From: Candidatus Zixiibacteriota bacterium | GTDB lineage: Bacteria > Zixibacteria > MSB-5A5 > GN15 > JAAZOE01 | Reading direction: 5' to 3' | DNA length: 64,000 bases | Assembly: GCA_030668485.1 (NCBI GenBank) | Contig: DAOUTW010000007.1 | Coordinates: forward strand, 5,060-69,059 | Shown here: positions 49,298 to 59,297 of the stretch, piece by piece | How positions within the stretch are numbered: position 1 is the first letter of the stretch | How the letters are laid out: each line of letters begins with the position of its first letter | The notes under the pieces: generated by a model | Database searches by the model: none | What the model was told of the DNA's origin: nothing | Seen by the model: only the letters and a program-made list of their open reading frames with translations | Position numbers and translations under genes: made by a program

Positions 49298-50215
49298 ATG
49301 CACTCCCAAAATGATTCACATGCGCGACTACTTCTGACCGGAGCCGGAGGGGTCCTGGGCCAAAGACTGGCGACGGGAGTAAGCGATAGTTATCACAGTT
49401 TCCTGCATTATCATCATCGGCCAACCGACGATGAAGCCACCAACGTTTATGTCGGCGACCTCAGTAATCCTGAGCAAGTAAAATCTCTTGCCAAGCAAAT
49501 CGACCCCGAGATTATTATCAACAGCGCGGCCTATGCCGATGTCGACCGTTGTGAGATCGAACCGGAAATATCGAAACGTGTAAATGTCGACGCGGTCAAT
49601 AATTTATTACAGTTTTTCCCACAGGCCAAATTTGTCCAGATTTCAACCGATTATGTTTTTGACGATCATGACCGGCGCGGATCATCTCCACCAACACCGG
49701 ATGATCCGACCCACCCTATGAATATCTATGGGAAACATAAGCTAGAGGCGGAGCAGGCCGCAATGGCGGCTTCAAATGACAATCTTGTTATTAGAGTTAA
49801 TACTCTTTTCGATCATACCGTCGAGAGGAATTTCTTTCGATTCGTTTATGATAGCCTGATGCGAAAGAAAAAGATTTTCGGTCTGACCGACCAGATATCG
49901 AATCCGATATCGGCCTTCGATTGCGCGAGATTGATAGTCAAACTGGTTGAAAAAGGCGCCTCCGGGATATTTCATATCGGGGGAAAGGAATTTATCAATC
50001 GTTATGAATTTGCCAAACAGATCGCGCGGTCGTTCGATCTGGATGAGGCCCTGATCAGTTCGGCGACCTCAGATCAACACTCGCGACCGGCCCGGCGACC
50101 TTCATATGCGGGGCTGGACTGCCGCATTACGGAAGAATACCTTGGTTTACCGATGCCTTCAATAGGTGACGGCTTTTCACGAATAAGAAAAGAAATGGAA
50201 GAGAAGCGGGCTTAG
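49298..50215 (+). CDS. rmlD: dTDP-4-dehydrorhamnose reductase
   Basis: LLTGAGGVLG Rossmann motif. RmlD family. Last gene of the operon. Confidence 0.8.
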   Translation: MHSQNDSHARLLLTGAGGVLGQRLATGVSDSYHSFLHYHHRPTDDEATNVYVGDLSNPEQVKSLAKQIDPEIIINSAAYADVDRCEIEPEISKRVNVDAVNNLLQFFPQAKFVQISTDYVFDDHDRRGSSPPTPDDPTHPMNIYGKHKLEAEQAAMAASNDNLVIRVNTLFDHTVERNFFRFVYDSLMRKKKIFGLTDQISNPISAFDCARLIVKLVEKGASGIFHIGGKEFINRYEFAKQIARSFDLDEALISSATSDQHSRPARRPSYAGLDCRITEEYLGLPMPSIGDGFSRIRKEMEEKRA

Positions 50216-50877
50216 GCGGCTTTGTGACCGTTGAAGAAAGCATGAATCTTTTCGGCCCGTTTCGGTCCGATCCCCTCGACTTTTTTAAGATCGGTTATCC
50301 GAGCGACAAAAAGCCGCGACAGTGATCCGAAATGCTGTAATAGTCCCGCCGCCAGCGACGGTCCGATTTCCGGCAAAGCCGCGATGATACTTATGCGCGG
50401 ATCGGCATTGTCAGCATTGATCGGAACAGCCGTCGGCGTGCCGTTGGCGGCCGATGCCATCTTCCAATCGACGCTGTTGCTGGTCTGAGCCGCCATCATA
50501 AATATCATCTGGGCCGTTTCAACATCGCTACTGGTCGTCAAGATAGGGACCCGGTTCGGGACCGAAGCATACAGTACCGCTCCCTGCATTGTGGCCAGGC
50601 TCACATCACTGTTATGAAACGGGTCATCACCCTCGACGATGATAACCAGGTCGGAGTATTCGCGCTTGAGCTCGAGGATTTCGCGATAGAAAGAGCGGTC
50701 CTCGATTGCGCTGATAAACTGCCCGGTCGAATAATACTTTATTCCGAATCGTCCGGCCAGCACGAACTCGCCGCGGCGTAGCGCGATGAAGCGGACGTCG
50801 GTACCAAGTTCCCCCAGCAGCTCGGCCACCGGGTTACTCTTCAGGCGGGACGATATGGTTATCTGAAAGGCATTCAT
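50212..50877 (-). CDS. ERCC4/XPF-like nuclease-fold protein with C-terminal (HhH)2, possibly catalytically degenerate
   Basis: GEFVL ... LVIIVEGDD arrangement. Clear tandem HhH (GIGPKRAEKI). The ERK signature was not seen. Confidence 0.5.
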   Translation of the reverse strand: MNAFQITISSRLKSNPVAELLGELGTDVRFIALRRGEFVLAGRFGIKYYSTGQFISAIEDRSFYREILELKREYSDLVIIVEGDDPFHNSDVSLATMQGAVLYASVPNRVPILTTSSDVETAQMIFMMAAQTSNSVDWKMASAANGTPTAVPINADNADPRISIIAALPEIGPSLAAGLLQHFGSLSRLFVARITDLKKVEGIGPKRAEKIHAFFNGHKAA

Positions 50878-51034
50878 CTTTCACCTGCCATTTATGTTTT
50901 TGATCTTTATGTATAATCGATTCCGGTTAGCGGAATCACAGACTCTATATATTATAACGGGCGGAAAGGGGAATTTGTTCTATCTCCGAGATGAAATTAT
51001 CCCGAAACATACCAACTACTGAAGCGGTGTACGG

Positions 51035-52306
51035 TCAGGTTTTACGTTCTTTTTTACGTGCGGCCGGGAACAGGATATTGTTCAGGATTAGACGATATCC
51101 CGGTGAATTTTTGTGAAGAGACAGCTCGGTCGGCGGATCGTTGATCATATGCTGATAATCTTCCGGGTCATGCCCGGAATAAAAAGTAAAGGTTCCTTTG
51201 CCGACATTGCCGTGGATATAGCGAACCTCATCGTACTCCAGCGGTTCGGCCAGGACGATGACATATTTTTTGAGAAGCGATTTGCGCAAGGCGGTACACT
51301 GGCCCATGAAACCGCTGATCATCGGAGTATGACATTGAACCAGCATACTCGGCACCGGGTCGAGTTTGGCCGAAAACTCGAAAAGGTAAAAGACATCCTC
51401 ATCGGGCATCATAAACCGCTCCGAGCGGTCCGGGTAAGTATCGATATTGGAGCGGCGATAAACCAGCGGTTCGAGGCTGACCGCAAAGTCGGTAAAGGCC
51501 ATTGTCTGAGTGTAATCGAGTTTCTCCAGGCATCCCGGGTCGGGCGGGTCGCCGTCGAATTCCGACGGGACAATATCGGTCGAATGCGCTGCCAGGGCGA
51601 TATCAACCGTTTCCGCCGCCGAGCACATGGCAAACACAAATCCGCCGCGGACGACATACTCTTTTATCTCGCGAGCGACGGCCTTTTTACATTCGGAAAC
51701 CTTGTTATAACCGAGCGACCGTGCCATCGCCTCATTGGTGGCGACATCCTGCTGATACCACAGTTGATTGTGAAAACTGGCGTAAAACTTGCCATACTGG
51801 CCGGTGAAATCCTCGTGATGCAGATGCAGCCAGTCGTATTCCTCCAATTTGCCGGTCAATACCTCGGCGTCCCAGAGGACATCATAATCGATTTCGGCGT
51901 ATTCAAGCGCCAGCCGGACGGCATCGTCCCAGGGCTGATGCGACGGCGGCGCATAGACAGCTATGGCGGGCGCTTTTTCGAGAAAAACCCGTTCCATGTT
52001 TTCGGCTTCGACGGTTCGGTAGATATCGGACGCGGCGGCGTTGCTGATTGCCTGATAAGTGACCCCTCGCATCAGGCACAGATCGCGGTTCCGATCGGTG
52101 TCCTTGATCAAGAAGGCGCCGTCCATGAAATTGAGCAGCCATTCGGCTTCCTGGTCGCGGGTCAGGCAGTTAAAGACGACTCCATATGCCTTGAGGTGGT
52201 CGGCCTGGTTTTCATCCATCGGAATCAGGATCATCCCGGCCCGGACAGTCAGAGGCAGAGCGACAAGGATTAGAGAGATGGTCGCGATGATCAGCAGTTT
52301 TTTCAT
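51035..52306 (-). CDS. hypothetical secreted protein (possible GATase1-like fold)
   Basis: Signal peptide (MKKLLIIATISLILVALPLTVRA). GGFVFAMCSAAE nucleophile-elbow-like motif. The assignment is weak. Confidence 0.5.
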   Translation of the reverse strand: MKKLLIIATISLILVALPLTVRAGMILIPMDENQADHLKAYGVVFNCLTRDQEAEWLLNFMDGAFLIKDTDRNRDLCLMRGVTYQAISNAAASDIYRTVEAENMERVFLEKAPAIAVYAPPSHQPWDDAVRLALEYAEIDYDVLWDAEVLTGKLEEYDWLHLHHEDFTGQYGKFYASFHNQLWYQQDVATNEAMARSLGYNKVSECKKAVAREIKEYVVRGGFVFAMCSAAETVDIALAAHSTDIVPSEFDGDPPDPGCLEKLDYTQTMAFTDFAVSLEPLVYRRSNIDTYPDRSERFMMPDEDVFYLFEFSAKLDPVPSMLVQCHTPMISGFMGQCTALRKSLLKKYVIVLAEPLEYDEVRYIHGNVGKGTFTFYSGHDPEDYQHMINDPPTELSLHKNSPGYRLILNNILFPAARKKERKT

Positions 52307-52607
52307 ATATATATCAGTCCCGGTCATTTTTCAGTCTACCTCATTAAACATCATCGCCCGCCGATCGGTTCGGCATTTTTTTGCAGTTGCCTGGCTCGCA
52401 GGTGGTAATGTAACCGAAAAAAGTCAAATGTAAACGACAAATATTTAAGAAGGGTACTGTAGCAGGCAGTGGTATTCGATTATGTCCTGTCTGCCAATGC
52501 TTTTTACTTGTCACTCTTAATCTGATCCGTCCGGATATAGCAGACTTGGGCGACGGCGACTTTGACTCCGTTATTTCTTGGCGAATAAGAAAACCGCCTT
52601 TTGACAG

Positions 52608-52680
<73 letters not shown>

Positions 52681-52689
52681 CTAATGGCG

Positions 52690-52764
52690 CATTTTATTTT
52701 GGTGAGGGTGGAAGGGATCGAACCTTCGACCACCTGCTTAAAAGGCAGATGCTCTACCCCTGAG
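52690..52764 (-). tRNA. tRNA-Lys (anticodon TTT)
   Basis: Manual cloverleaf: acceptor GGGGGTG/CACCCTC, anticodon loop CTTTTAA, T-loop TTCGATC, encoded CCA. Confidence 0.8.
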
Positions 52765-52869
52765 CTACACCCCCACACTTATTTTGGGTCAGAAATATAG
52801 GCTTTTGCGATAAAATGTCAACATTTTTTATCCGGACTCAGAGGGCTCAGGGCGGACAAAATAAACTGC

Positions 52870-52897
52870 TTGCAAAATAAAAGAATAAATCTATATT
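52870..52897 (+). promoter_or_regulatory. candidate sigma70-like promoter (TTGCAA-16-TATATT) for the paralog array
   Basis: Hexamers with a 16-nt spacer lie about 110 nt upstream of the P1 ATG. Confidence 0.3.
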
Positions 52898-53007
52898 ATT
52901 AATGGTGTCTCGTATCTTAATTTCTCCATTGCCGCGGCACCGCAGAATAGACTTACATCTGTTTGCATGTCATCATTACGGTAATTTATTCCACGAGGAG
53001 GAGTAAA

Positions 53008-53811
53008 ATGAAACTCATTATCATTTCCTTGCTTGCTGCAATTTGTATGATGTCATCGACTTACGCTCTTGACAATATTGTCGACATTAAAATGATTCGC
53101 ACTGCCGATATGGCCGAGGTCGATACCGTCTATATCGGTTCACGGCACCATTTTCAGATTTTGATAGAGAATGCCTGGATAATGGGCGGCATGTCTTTGG
53201 CTTTTCAGGTATATTCCGAAGACGGAGTGACCTGGAACTGGGACAGTCAGCCAAGCGGATTGCCCGAAGACGGCCTGAAGGCAGTAACCATTGTCCCGGG
53301 ATCGCGGATGGATAACACTCCCTGGGATATGACGGGGCATGATGTTACCGAAACCAATATGGACGGCGTAGGGTCGGATTCATTGATAATGGGCGGCGTG
53401 GCCCTGATGATCGGGTTGGTCCCGGGACCGCTTGAACCATCCTATGAAATGCATTTTACTCCCATTGATATGTCGTCGGAAGATATAGATATGATCTGTA
53501 TCGATTCGGCTTTTATCCCGCCGCATGGTGTTTTCAGTTTTGCCGATAATACTGGTATGTTAATCACAATTCAATTCGACGGGCCGTACTGCTGGCCGGT
53601 TAAACGATTTGTTATCGGTGATTTCGATATGGACGGTGCTATTACCGTTGGCGACGCAGTGGAGATAATTCAATTTATTTTCCTTGGCAAGCCGAACAAA
53701 GGCCCGATCGAGGCTGGAGATGTTAACTGCGACGGCTTAACCGATGTGGCCGACGCGGTTTATTTGATCAACTATATCTTCAGATTCGGACCGCCATTGG
53801 GATGTCTGTAA
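53008..53811 (+). CDS. secreted paralog P1: novel approx. 170-aa domain plus C-terminal dockerin-like module
   Basis: GAGGAGGAG RBS. Signal peptide. Conserved blocks WNWDSQPSGL, ICIDSAF, DGPYCWPV. C-terminal module GDFDMDG..GDVNCDG..FRFGPPLGCL. Confidence 0.75.
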   Translation: MKLIIISLLAAICMMSSTYALDNIVDIKMIRTADMAEVDTVYIGSRHHFQILIENAWIMGGMSLAFQVYSEDGVTWNWDSQPSGLPEDGLKAVTIVPGSRMDNTPWDMTGHDVTETNMDGVGSDSLIMGGVALMIGLVPGPLEPSYEMHFTPIDMSSEDIDMICIDSAFIPPHGVFSFADNTGMLITIQFDGPYCWPVKRFVIGDFDMDGAITVGDAVEIIQFIFLGKPNKGPIEAGDVNCDGLTDVADAVYLINYIFRFGPPLGCL

Positions 53812-53829
53812 ACGAGGGAGGGTTACAAA

Positions 53830-54648
53830 GTGAAATTTTACATTCTATTATTTGCCGGGATTTTGGTTCTGGGTATTTTTTCCACATTGGCGGCGTACGA
53901 AAATAGAGTTGCCGTACAGGCAATTCGTACCCTGGATGATACTCCCGTTGATACGCTTTACATTGATTCAAAACATCAAATACAGGTGCTCCTTGAGAAC
54001 GATGGTACTATGAGGCATATAAACCTGCCCTTTCAGATATACGCCGACGATAATTTAACCTGGACCTGGGATGCACAACCTGATGGTTTTCCGCTGGATG
54101 AGCATCAGGCGATTACAATGATTCCGCATAGTCGGCTGGAACATGCTTATGAGTATTCAGGTCAACCTGGTCAACCTCAAGTGTTTTTTTTCGAGTTGGA
54201 TATGGATGGTCAAGGAGCGGATACATTGGTAATATTGGGAATGGGTTACAACTTTTGGCTTAATTCGGGTCGTTTGATGCCTATGCTGGCTTTTCATTTA
54301 ACGCCGCGCGGGGATCAGATTAATGAAACGTATACACTATGCATTGACTCGTGTACGTCATTGGCTTCCCTACTATTTGAGGATCTTTACTATAGACCTG
54401 TACATCCCGAATTTGATAGGCCCATCTGCTGGCCGGTAAAACGCTTTGTGGTCGGTGACTTCGATATGGACGGCGAAATCACCGTTGGCGATCCGGTTGA
54501 GATAGTTCAGTTCATCTTCCTCGGCAAGCCCAACAAAGGTCCGATCGAGGCTGGTGATGTTAACTGCGACGGCTTAACCGATGTGGCCGACGCGGTTTAT
54601 TTGATTAATTTTATATTCAGATTCGGCCCGGCATTGGGGTGTCTGTAG
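53830..54648 (+). CDS. secreted paralog P2 (GTG start)
   Basis: GAGGGAGG RBS. Same architecture as P1 (TWTWDAQPDGF, CIDSC, RPICWPV, dockerin-like C-terminus ...GCL). Confidence 0.7.
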   Translation: MKFYILLFAGILVLGIFSTLAAYENRVAVQAIRTLDDTPVDTLYIDSKHQIQVLLENDGTMRHINLPFQIYADDNLTWTWDAQPDGFPLDEHQAITMIPHSRLEHAYEYSGQPGQPQVFFFELDMDGQGADTLVILGMGYNFWLNSGRLMPMLAFHLTPRGDQINETYTLCIDSCTSLASLLFEDLYYRPVHPEFDRPICWPVKRFVVGDFDMDGEITVGDPVEIVQFIFLGKPNKGPIEAGDVNCDGLTDVADAVYLINFIFRFGPALGCL

Positions 54649-54673
54649 GGAAAAAATAGAAAAGAGGTATACA

Positions 54674-55489
54674 ATGAAAGTCTCGATCATTTCTATTATG
54701 GCAGTTCTGCTTTGCCTGACATCAATTACCTATGCTCAGTTCAATAACAGCGTCAGCATCCAACTGATCCGCTCCGGTGATAATGCCGTAGTAGATACAG
54801 CATTTTCCGGCTATGATCACCAGTTTCGGTTTACGATTGAAAACGATTTCAGGGTTGGAGGTATGAGTCTCGGTTTCCTTATTTATTCGGACGACGGCGT
54901 TACCTGGACCTGGGATGCTCAACCGGATGGGTTTGGGGCTACGACACAGGCGGTGACTGTCATCCCGGGATGTCGTATGTATCCGCCTGAGAATGTCTTT
55001 GATATGACGAGTCTTCTGGCCACCGAGGTCGATGTAGACGGAGCAAGCCCCGATTCACTGATGTTTGGCGGAGTGGCCATGATGGCAGGATTAGAGCCCG
55101 GGCCGCCGGAACCGATGGTTAATTATCATCTAACACCTTACATTGTTGACGATTTGCCCGGCACTATATGTATCGATTCAACATTTATCCCCCCGACTGG
55201 CGCTTTTATCTTCATGGCTCCTTCAGACCCCGTCTTAGCTCCCAACTTTGACGGCCCGTTCTGTTGGCCGGTCAAGGAATTCGAACCGATATTGGGCGAT
55301 TTCGATCTGGACGGGCAGATCACCGTGGGTGATGTGGTCGAGATGATCCAGCATATTTTTAACGGTAAACCGCATTTTGCCCCGATCGAAACCGGTGATG
55401 TTAATTGCGATGGCCAGATGAATGTCGGCGACGTGATTTATATGATCGCCTATATCTTCAGATTCGGCCCGGCCCCGGGGTGTCCTTAG
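54674..55489 (+). CDS. secreted paralog P3
   Basis: Same architecture as P1, ending ...FRFGPAPGCP. Confidence 0.75.
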   Translation: MKVSIISIMAVLLCLTSITYAQFNNSVSIQLIRSGDNAVVDTAFSGYDHQFRFTIENDFRVGGMSLGFLIYSDDGVTWTWDAQPDGFGATTQAVTVIPGCRMYPPENVFDMTSLLATEVDVDGASPDSLMFGGVAMMAGLEPGPPEPMVNYHLTPYIVDDLPGTICIDSTFIPPTGAFIFMAPSDPVLAPNFDGPFCWPVKEFEPILGDFDLDGQITVGDVVEMIQHIFNGKPHFAPIETGDVNCDGQMNVGDVIYMIAYIFRFGPAPGCP

Positions 55490-55568
55490 GCAAGAGGGAA
55501 ATTTGACATGGCCATAATATGTAAATTATAGGTACTCATAGATCCAAAAACTATCAGGAGGGTAACTC

Positions 55569-56378
55569 ATGGGACTGAAAACACTGTATGGACTGCTTTC
55601 AATGCTGATACTGACATCTATGGTTTTTGCTGAGGAGGATGTCGTCAGCATCAAATTGATTCGAAGCGCAGACAATGCAGTCGTCGAAACCGCCTATTCA
55701 GGTTATGCGCATGAGTTTCAAATATCGATTGAAACAATCGGGTGGATCTATGAAAACATGCACCTCGGCTTCAAAATTTCATCTATCGATGGCATAACCT
55801 GGACGTGGGATGCTCAGCCATCCGGTTTGGGTAACCATATGGCTGTGACCGAAACCCCGGGCAGCAGAATGAATGATTGCTGGTCCATGACCGGATTATT
55901 GGTCAGTGAAACGAATATGGACGGCGTTTTGAATGACTCCATTGGCATTGGCGGCGTAGCATTTTTGGGAGCAGGACTGCCTCCGGGTCCGATGGAACCT
56001 ATTTGCGAATTTCATTTCACGCCGCAAATATCCGTCGAGGATGGCACGGGAACAATTTGTATCGATTCGGCCTTTCTCCCGCCGGCTGGCGCATGGTTGC
56101 TGGCCGTATCGTCGGACCCTTATAGTATTCCCAGAATCGACGGCCCGTTTTGCTGGCCGGTGGTTGAATTCGAACCGCTTCTCGGCGATTTCGATCTGGA
56201 CGGGCAGATCACCGTGGGTGATGCGGTCGAGATGATTCAACATATATTTCTGGACAAGCCACATTTTGCGCCGGTTGAAACCGGTGATGTTAATTGCGAT
56301 GGCCAGATGAATGTCGGTGACGCGATCTATATGATCGCCTATATTTTCAGATTCGGCCCCCCGCCGGGATGCCCGTAA
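55569..56378 (+). CDS. secreted paralog P4
   Basis: AGGAGGG RBS. Same architecture as P1, ending ...FRFGPPPGCP. Confidence 0.75.
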   Translation: MGLKTLYGLLSMLILTSMVFAEEDVVSIKLIRSADNAVVETAYSGYAHEFQISIETIGWIYENMHLGFKISSIDGITWTWDAQPSGLGNHMAVTETPGSRMNDCWSMTGLLVSETNMDGVLNDSIGIGGVAFLGAGLPPGPMEPICEFHFTPQISVEDGTGTICIDSAFLPPAGAWLLAVSSDPYSIPRIDGPFCWPVVEFEPLLGDFDLDGQITVGDAVEMIQHIFLDKPHFAPVETGDVNCDGQMNVGDAIYMIAYIFRFGPPPGCP

Positions 56379-56402
56379 TTTGAAAAGCATGAGGAAATGA
56401 TT

Positions 56403-57218
56403 ATGCATACTATGATCAAGATTTCGATACTGATTGGGGCCTGTCTGCTGGCGGCCAATGCGGCGGCCTTGGAAGATCGGGTATCCCTTCAGGCAGTTCG
56501 TTCCATGGACGGAGCTCAGGTTGATACCCTCTACTTTGGGCATGAACACCAATTTCAGGTTATGATCGAAAACAGCTTCGTTCTATTTCAATTCTCCCTC
56601 GGGTTTGCCATATACTCGGATAGTAATACCTCTTTGGAATGGAATGCTCAACCGGATGGGTATCCCGAAGACGGGCAACGAGCAATAACCGTGATTCCGG
56701 ACAGCCGCTTGGATTCCGTCAATATTGACGTCGGCCAGGTACGGATAGGCTTTATAGATGGTAGTCTTGATGAGCAATTGCCGGATTCGATGGCGGTGAT
56801 CCCCTGGTATGGCTTTGATTTACCAATAGGACCGATGGAACCGATGATGGCTTTTCATTTTACGCCGATACAAAACTTCCCTGATGAGGTCGGTGAGCTT
56901 TGCCTGGACTGGACATGGGCCGGGAGTGAATTTGTGTTCTTCTTCTATGATCAATGGATGTATTATACTCCCGAATTTGACAGGCCCTTCTGCTGGCCGG
57001 TCAAGGAATTCGAACCCATGTTGGGTGATTTCAATTATGACTGGCAGATTTCCGTTGGCGATATTGTTGCGATGATCCAGCATATTTTTGGTGGGGTGCC
57101 GCATGTCGCACCAGTTGGATCCGGCGATGTCAATTGCGACGGCCAAATGAATGTGGGTGACGCGATCTATCTGATTGCCCATATTTTCAGATTCGGTCCC
57201 GCGCCGGGATGCCCGTAG
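56403..57218 (+). CDS. secreted paralog P5 (most divergent)
   Basis: Same architecture, but the first Ca-loop is degenerate (GDFNYDWQ). Ends ...FRFGPAPGCP. Confidence 0.7.
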   Translation: MHTMIKISILIGACLLAANAAALEDRVSLQAVRSMDGAQVDTLYFGHEHQFQVMIENSFVLFQFSLGFAIYSDSNTSLEWNAQPDGYPEDGQRAITVIPDSRLDSVNIDVGQVRIGFIDGSLDEQLPDSMAVIPWYGFDLPIGPMEPMMAFHFTPIQNFPDEVGELCLDWTWAGSEFVFFFYDQWMYYTPEFDRPFCWPVKEFEPMLGDFNYDWQISVGDIVAMIQHIFGGVPHVAPVGSGDVNCDGQMNVGDAIYLIAHIFRFGPAPGCP

Positions 57219-57528
57219 GCAATTTGGCCATTATTTAGCAATGATTTAGCCTGATTTTCGTCCCAATTGTGAAGATTGACCCCCAATAATAAAAGGCGGG
57301 GTGTCTAATCCCGCCTTTCCTAGTAACAAAAGGAGAAAATGTCTAAGTTCCTCCGAAACCTCAGCAATGTCTTTCCTCATCTCTTTTTACGAAATTAACC
57401 CTTGAGGGTTCCACTAATTACAGAAAATTTCACCCTCAATAATTTGCATCCGGAGGCCTTAATTAGCTATATTTAGAGTGAAAATTAAATTTTTGCCGAA
57501 AAATCGAACAAACTTTTGAATCGTTTTA

Positions 57529-57990
57529 GTGGTTAGTGTATCTAAAAGCCTAAACCGAGTTGGGAGACTTGAAGTGAATAAAAGTATTCAATGGGAAGGT
57601 GGCCTGAAATTTACCGGTAAATCGAATTTCGGGTTGGATATAACGCTCGACGGCCCCAAAAAAGTCGGCGGCGACGAGGATGGGTATCAGCCTCTGGAGT
57701 TAATCGTCTTTGCTCTGGCCGGTTGCACCGGGATGGATGTGGTTTCGATCGCTAAAAAAATGAAGCAAAACGTCACCGGTTTCAATATCAATGTCGAAGC
57801 AGTGCAAAAAGAGGATCATCCCCGTTTTCTAACCAAAGCCCATATTGAATATGTTTTTACCGGAAAAGACCTGAAACCGGAAATGCTGGAGAAGGCCATT
57901 TTGTTGTCGGAAGAAAAATACTGCTCGGTCGGGACAACCATGTCGGGCATGACCAAAATCACGCACAGTATTAAGATAAACGAGGGATAA
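57529..57990 (+). CDS. OsmC/Ohr family peroxiredoxin-like protein
   Basis: OsmC fold motifs (PLELIVFALAGCTGMDV, EKYCSV). The true start may be at the internal GTG near 57574. Confidence 0.75.
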   Translation: MVSVSKSLNRVGRLEVNKSIQWEGGLKFTGKSNFGLDITLDGPKKVGGDEDGYQPLELIVFALAGCTGMDVVSIAKKMKQNVTGFNINVEAVQKEDHPRFLTKAHIEYVFTGKDLKPEMLEKAILLSEEKYCSVGTTMSGMTKITHSIKINEG

Positions 57991-57993
57991 AAA

Positions 57994-58383
57994 ATGAACA
58001 TGACCTACGAAATCGGATCGGATCGGCCGTTTGATGATGTGGTAGGCGATGTGGAAAGGCTGACGGCCGAAAAACAATTTCGTGTTTTGCACATACATGA
58101 TGTCAAGGCGACTCTGGAGGAAAAAGGTTTCCAGCGCGAATCGTTGAAAATTATCGAAATTTGCAACGCCAAATTCGCCCATGAAGCACTCGGCAAACAT
58201 ATGGGGGTGTCGATCTTCATGCCATGCAAAATCAATGTCTATACCGAAAACGGAAAAACTAAAATTATGGCCATGCGCCCGATTGCTATCGCCGATTTTA
58301 TGCCCGATGCCGACCTGAATGAACTGGCTGCCGGTGTCGATAAAATCGTAACCGAAATCGTCGACGGCGCGGCCCGGGGTTAG
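57994..58383 (+). CDS. DUF302 domain protein
   Basis: 129-aa typical DUF302. GAGGGA RBS. Confidence 0.75.
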   Translation: MNMTYEIGSDRPFDDVVGDVERLTAEKQFRVLHIHDVKATLEEKGFQRESLKIIEICNAKFAHEALGKHMGVSIFMPCKINVYTENGKTKIMAMRPIAIADFMPDADLNELAAGVDKIVTEIVDGAARG

Positions 58384-58395
58384 CGAGGTTAGAAG

Positions 58396-58605
58396 ATGCC
58401 ATTGTATGAATATAAATGTGGCCAATGCGGCCACAAATTCGAAAAACTGGTGACGGCGTCGGAGACGGTTCCGGAATGCCCTGCCTGCGGATCGAATGAA
58501 TGTGAAAAGCTGTTTTCCGCATTCTCATCGAATATCGGTCAGGGATCGCTATCGTCGACCGCCGGTAATTGCGAAGGTTGCAGCGGCGGCGGCGGTTTCA
58601 CATGA
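58396..58605 (+). CDS. FmdB-family zinc-ribbon regulatory protein
   Basis: MPLYEYKCGQCGHKFE ... CPACGS, the CxxC_CxxC_SSSS family start. Confidence 0.85.
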   Translation: MPLYEYKCGQCGHKFEKLVTASETVPECPACGSNECEKLFSAFSSNIGQGSLSSTAGNCEGCSGGGGFT

Positions 58606-58647
58606 GGATAAGCCAATGAATCCGCCGTGGGCGGAGGAGTAATAACG

Positions 58648-59181
58648 ATGAAAAAATCTGTTTTTTTAATAGTCGGCCTGTTTCTGGTCAGTATTTTTCT
58701 GATAAACGGTTTCAAGGGTGAGTTCGGCGGCGGGGGAGATGAATGGCAGGAGGGAATCAATTGGACGATGGCCTCGATTACAAAAGACGAAATTGTGGCC
58801 GCCGACAAACCGGTTTATCTGTTCGTCACCACCGACTGGTGTACCTTCTGCAAGAAAATGAAGGCCAATACATTCACCGATCCAAAAGTTCAAAAGCTTC
58901 TTAATGAGCTTTTTGTCGCCATCCCGCTCAATCCTGAAAAAACGGGAACAGCTAATTTTACCGGTGAGGCGCTGCCGTACTCCGATCTGGCCAAGAAGCT
59001 TCGCGTCAACGGATATCCCGCTTCGTTTTTCTTTGCTCCCGACGGCCAACTGATAGGCAGTCAGCCTGGTTATGTTGACGCCAAATCGTTTGCCGATATG
59101 GCCGAGTATGTCGGCGACGGCCATTACAAAAACTATTCTTTCGCCAAATTCCAGGCCTTACCTGCCGATCAGCGGCGGTAG
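58648..59181 (+). CDS. secreted thioredoxin-fold protein (thioredoxin_7/DUF255-like)
   Basis: Signal/TM segment, WCTFC CxxC motif, thioredoxin fold. Confidence 0.7.
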   Translation: MKKSVFLIVGLFLVSIFLINGFKGEFGGGGDEWQEGINWTMASITKDEIVAADKPVYLFVTTDWCTFCKKMKANTFTDPKVQKLLNELFVAIPLNPEKTGTANFTGEALPYSDLAKKLRVNGYPASFFFAPDGQLIGSQPGYVDAKSFADMAEYVGDGHYKNYSFAKFQALPADQRR

Positions 59182-59238
59182 GCAATAGAAATTGGCGATT
59201 CTCCTGATATCCCATAAATATTGATTCGGAAATAAAAA

Positions 59239-59267
59239 GCCCGCCAGATATTGGCGGGCTTTTTTTG
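59239..59267. terminator. bidirectional Rho-independent terminator
   Basis: AAAAAGCCCGCCAgatatTGGCGGGCTTTTTTT between convergent genes. Confidence 0.65.
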
Positions 59268-59297
59268 TTTGCATAGTATCGTACTCACACTTCCAGC

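Noticed and set aside
52765-53007. Integrase, transposase or att duplication next to the tRNA-Lys pair
   Set aside because: No such ORF and no repeated tRNA 3' fragment were detected within the window.
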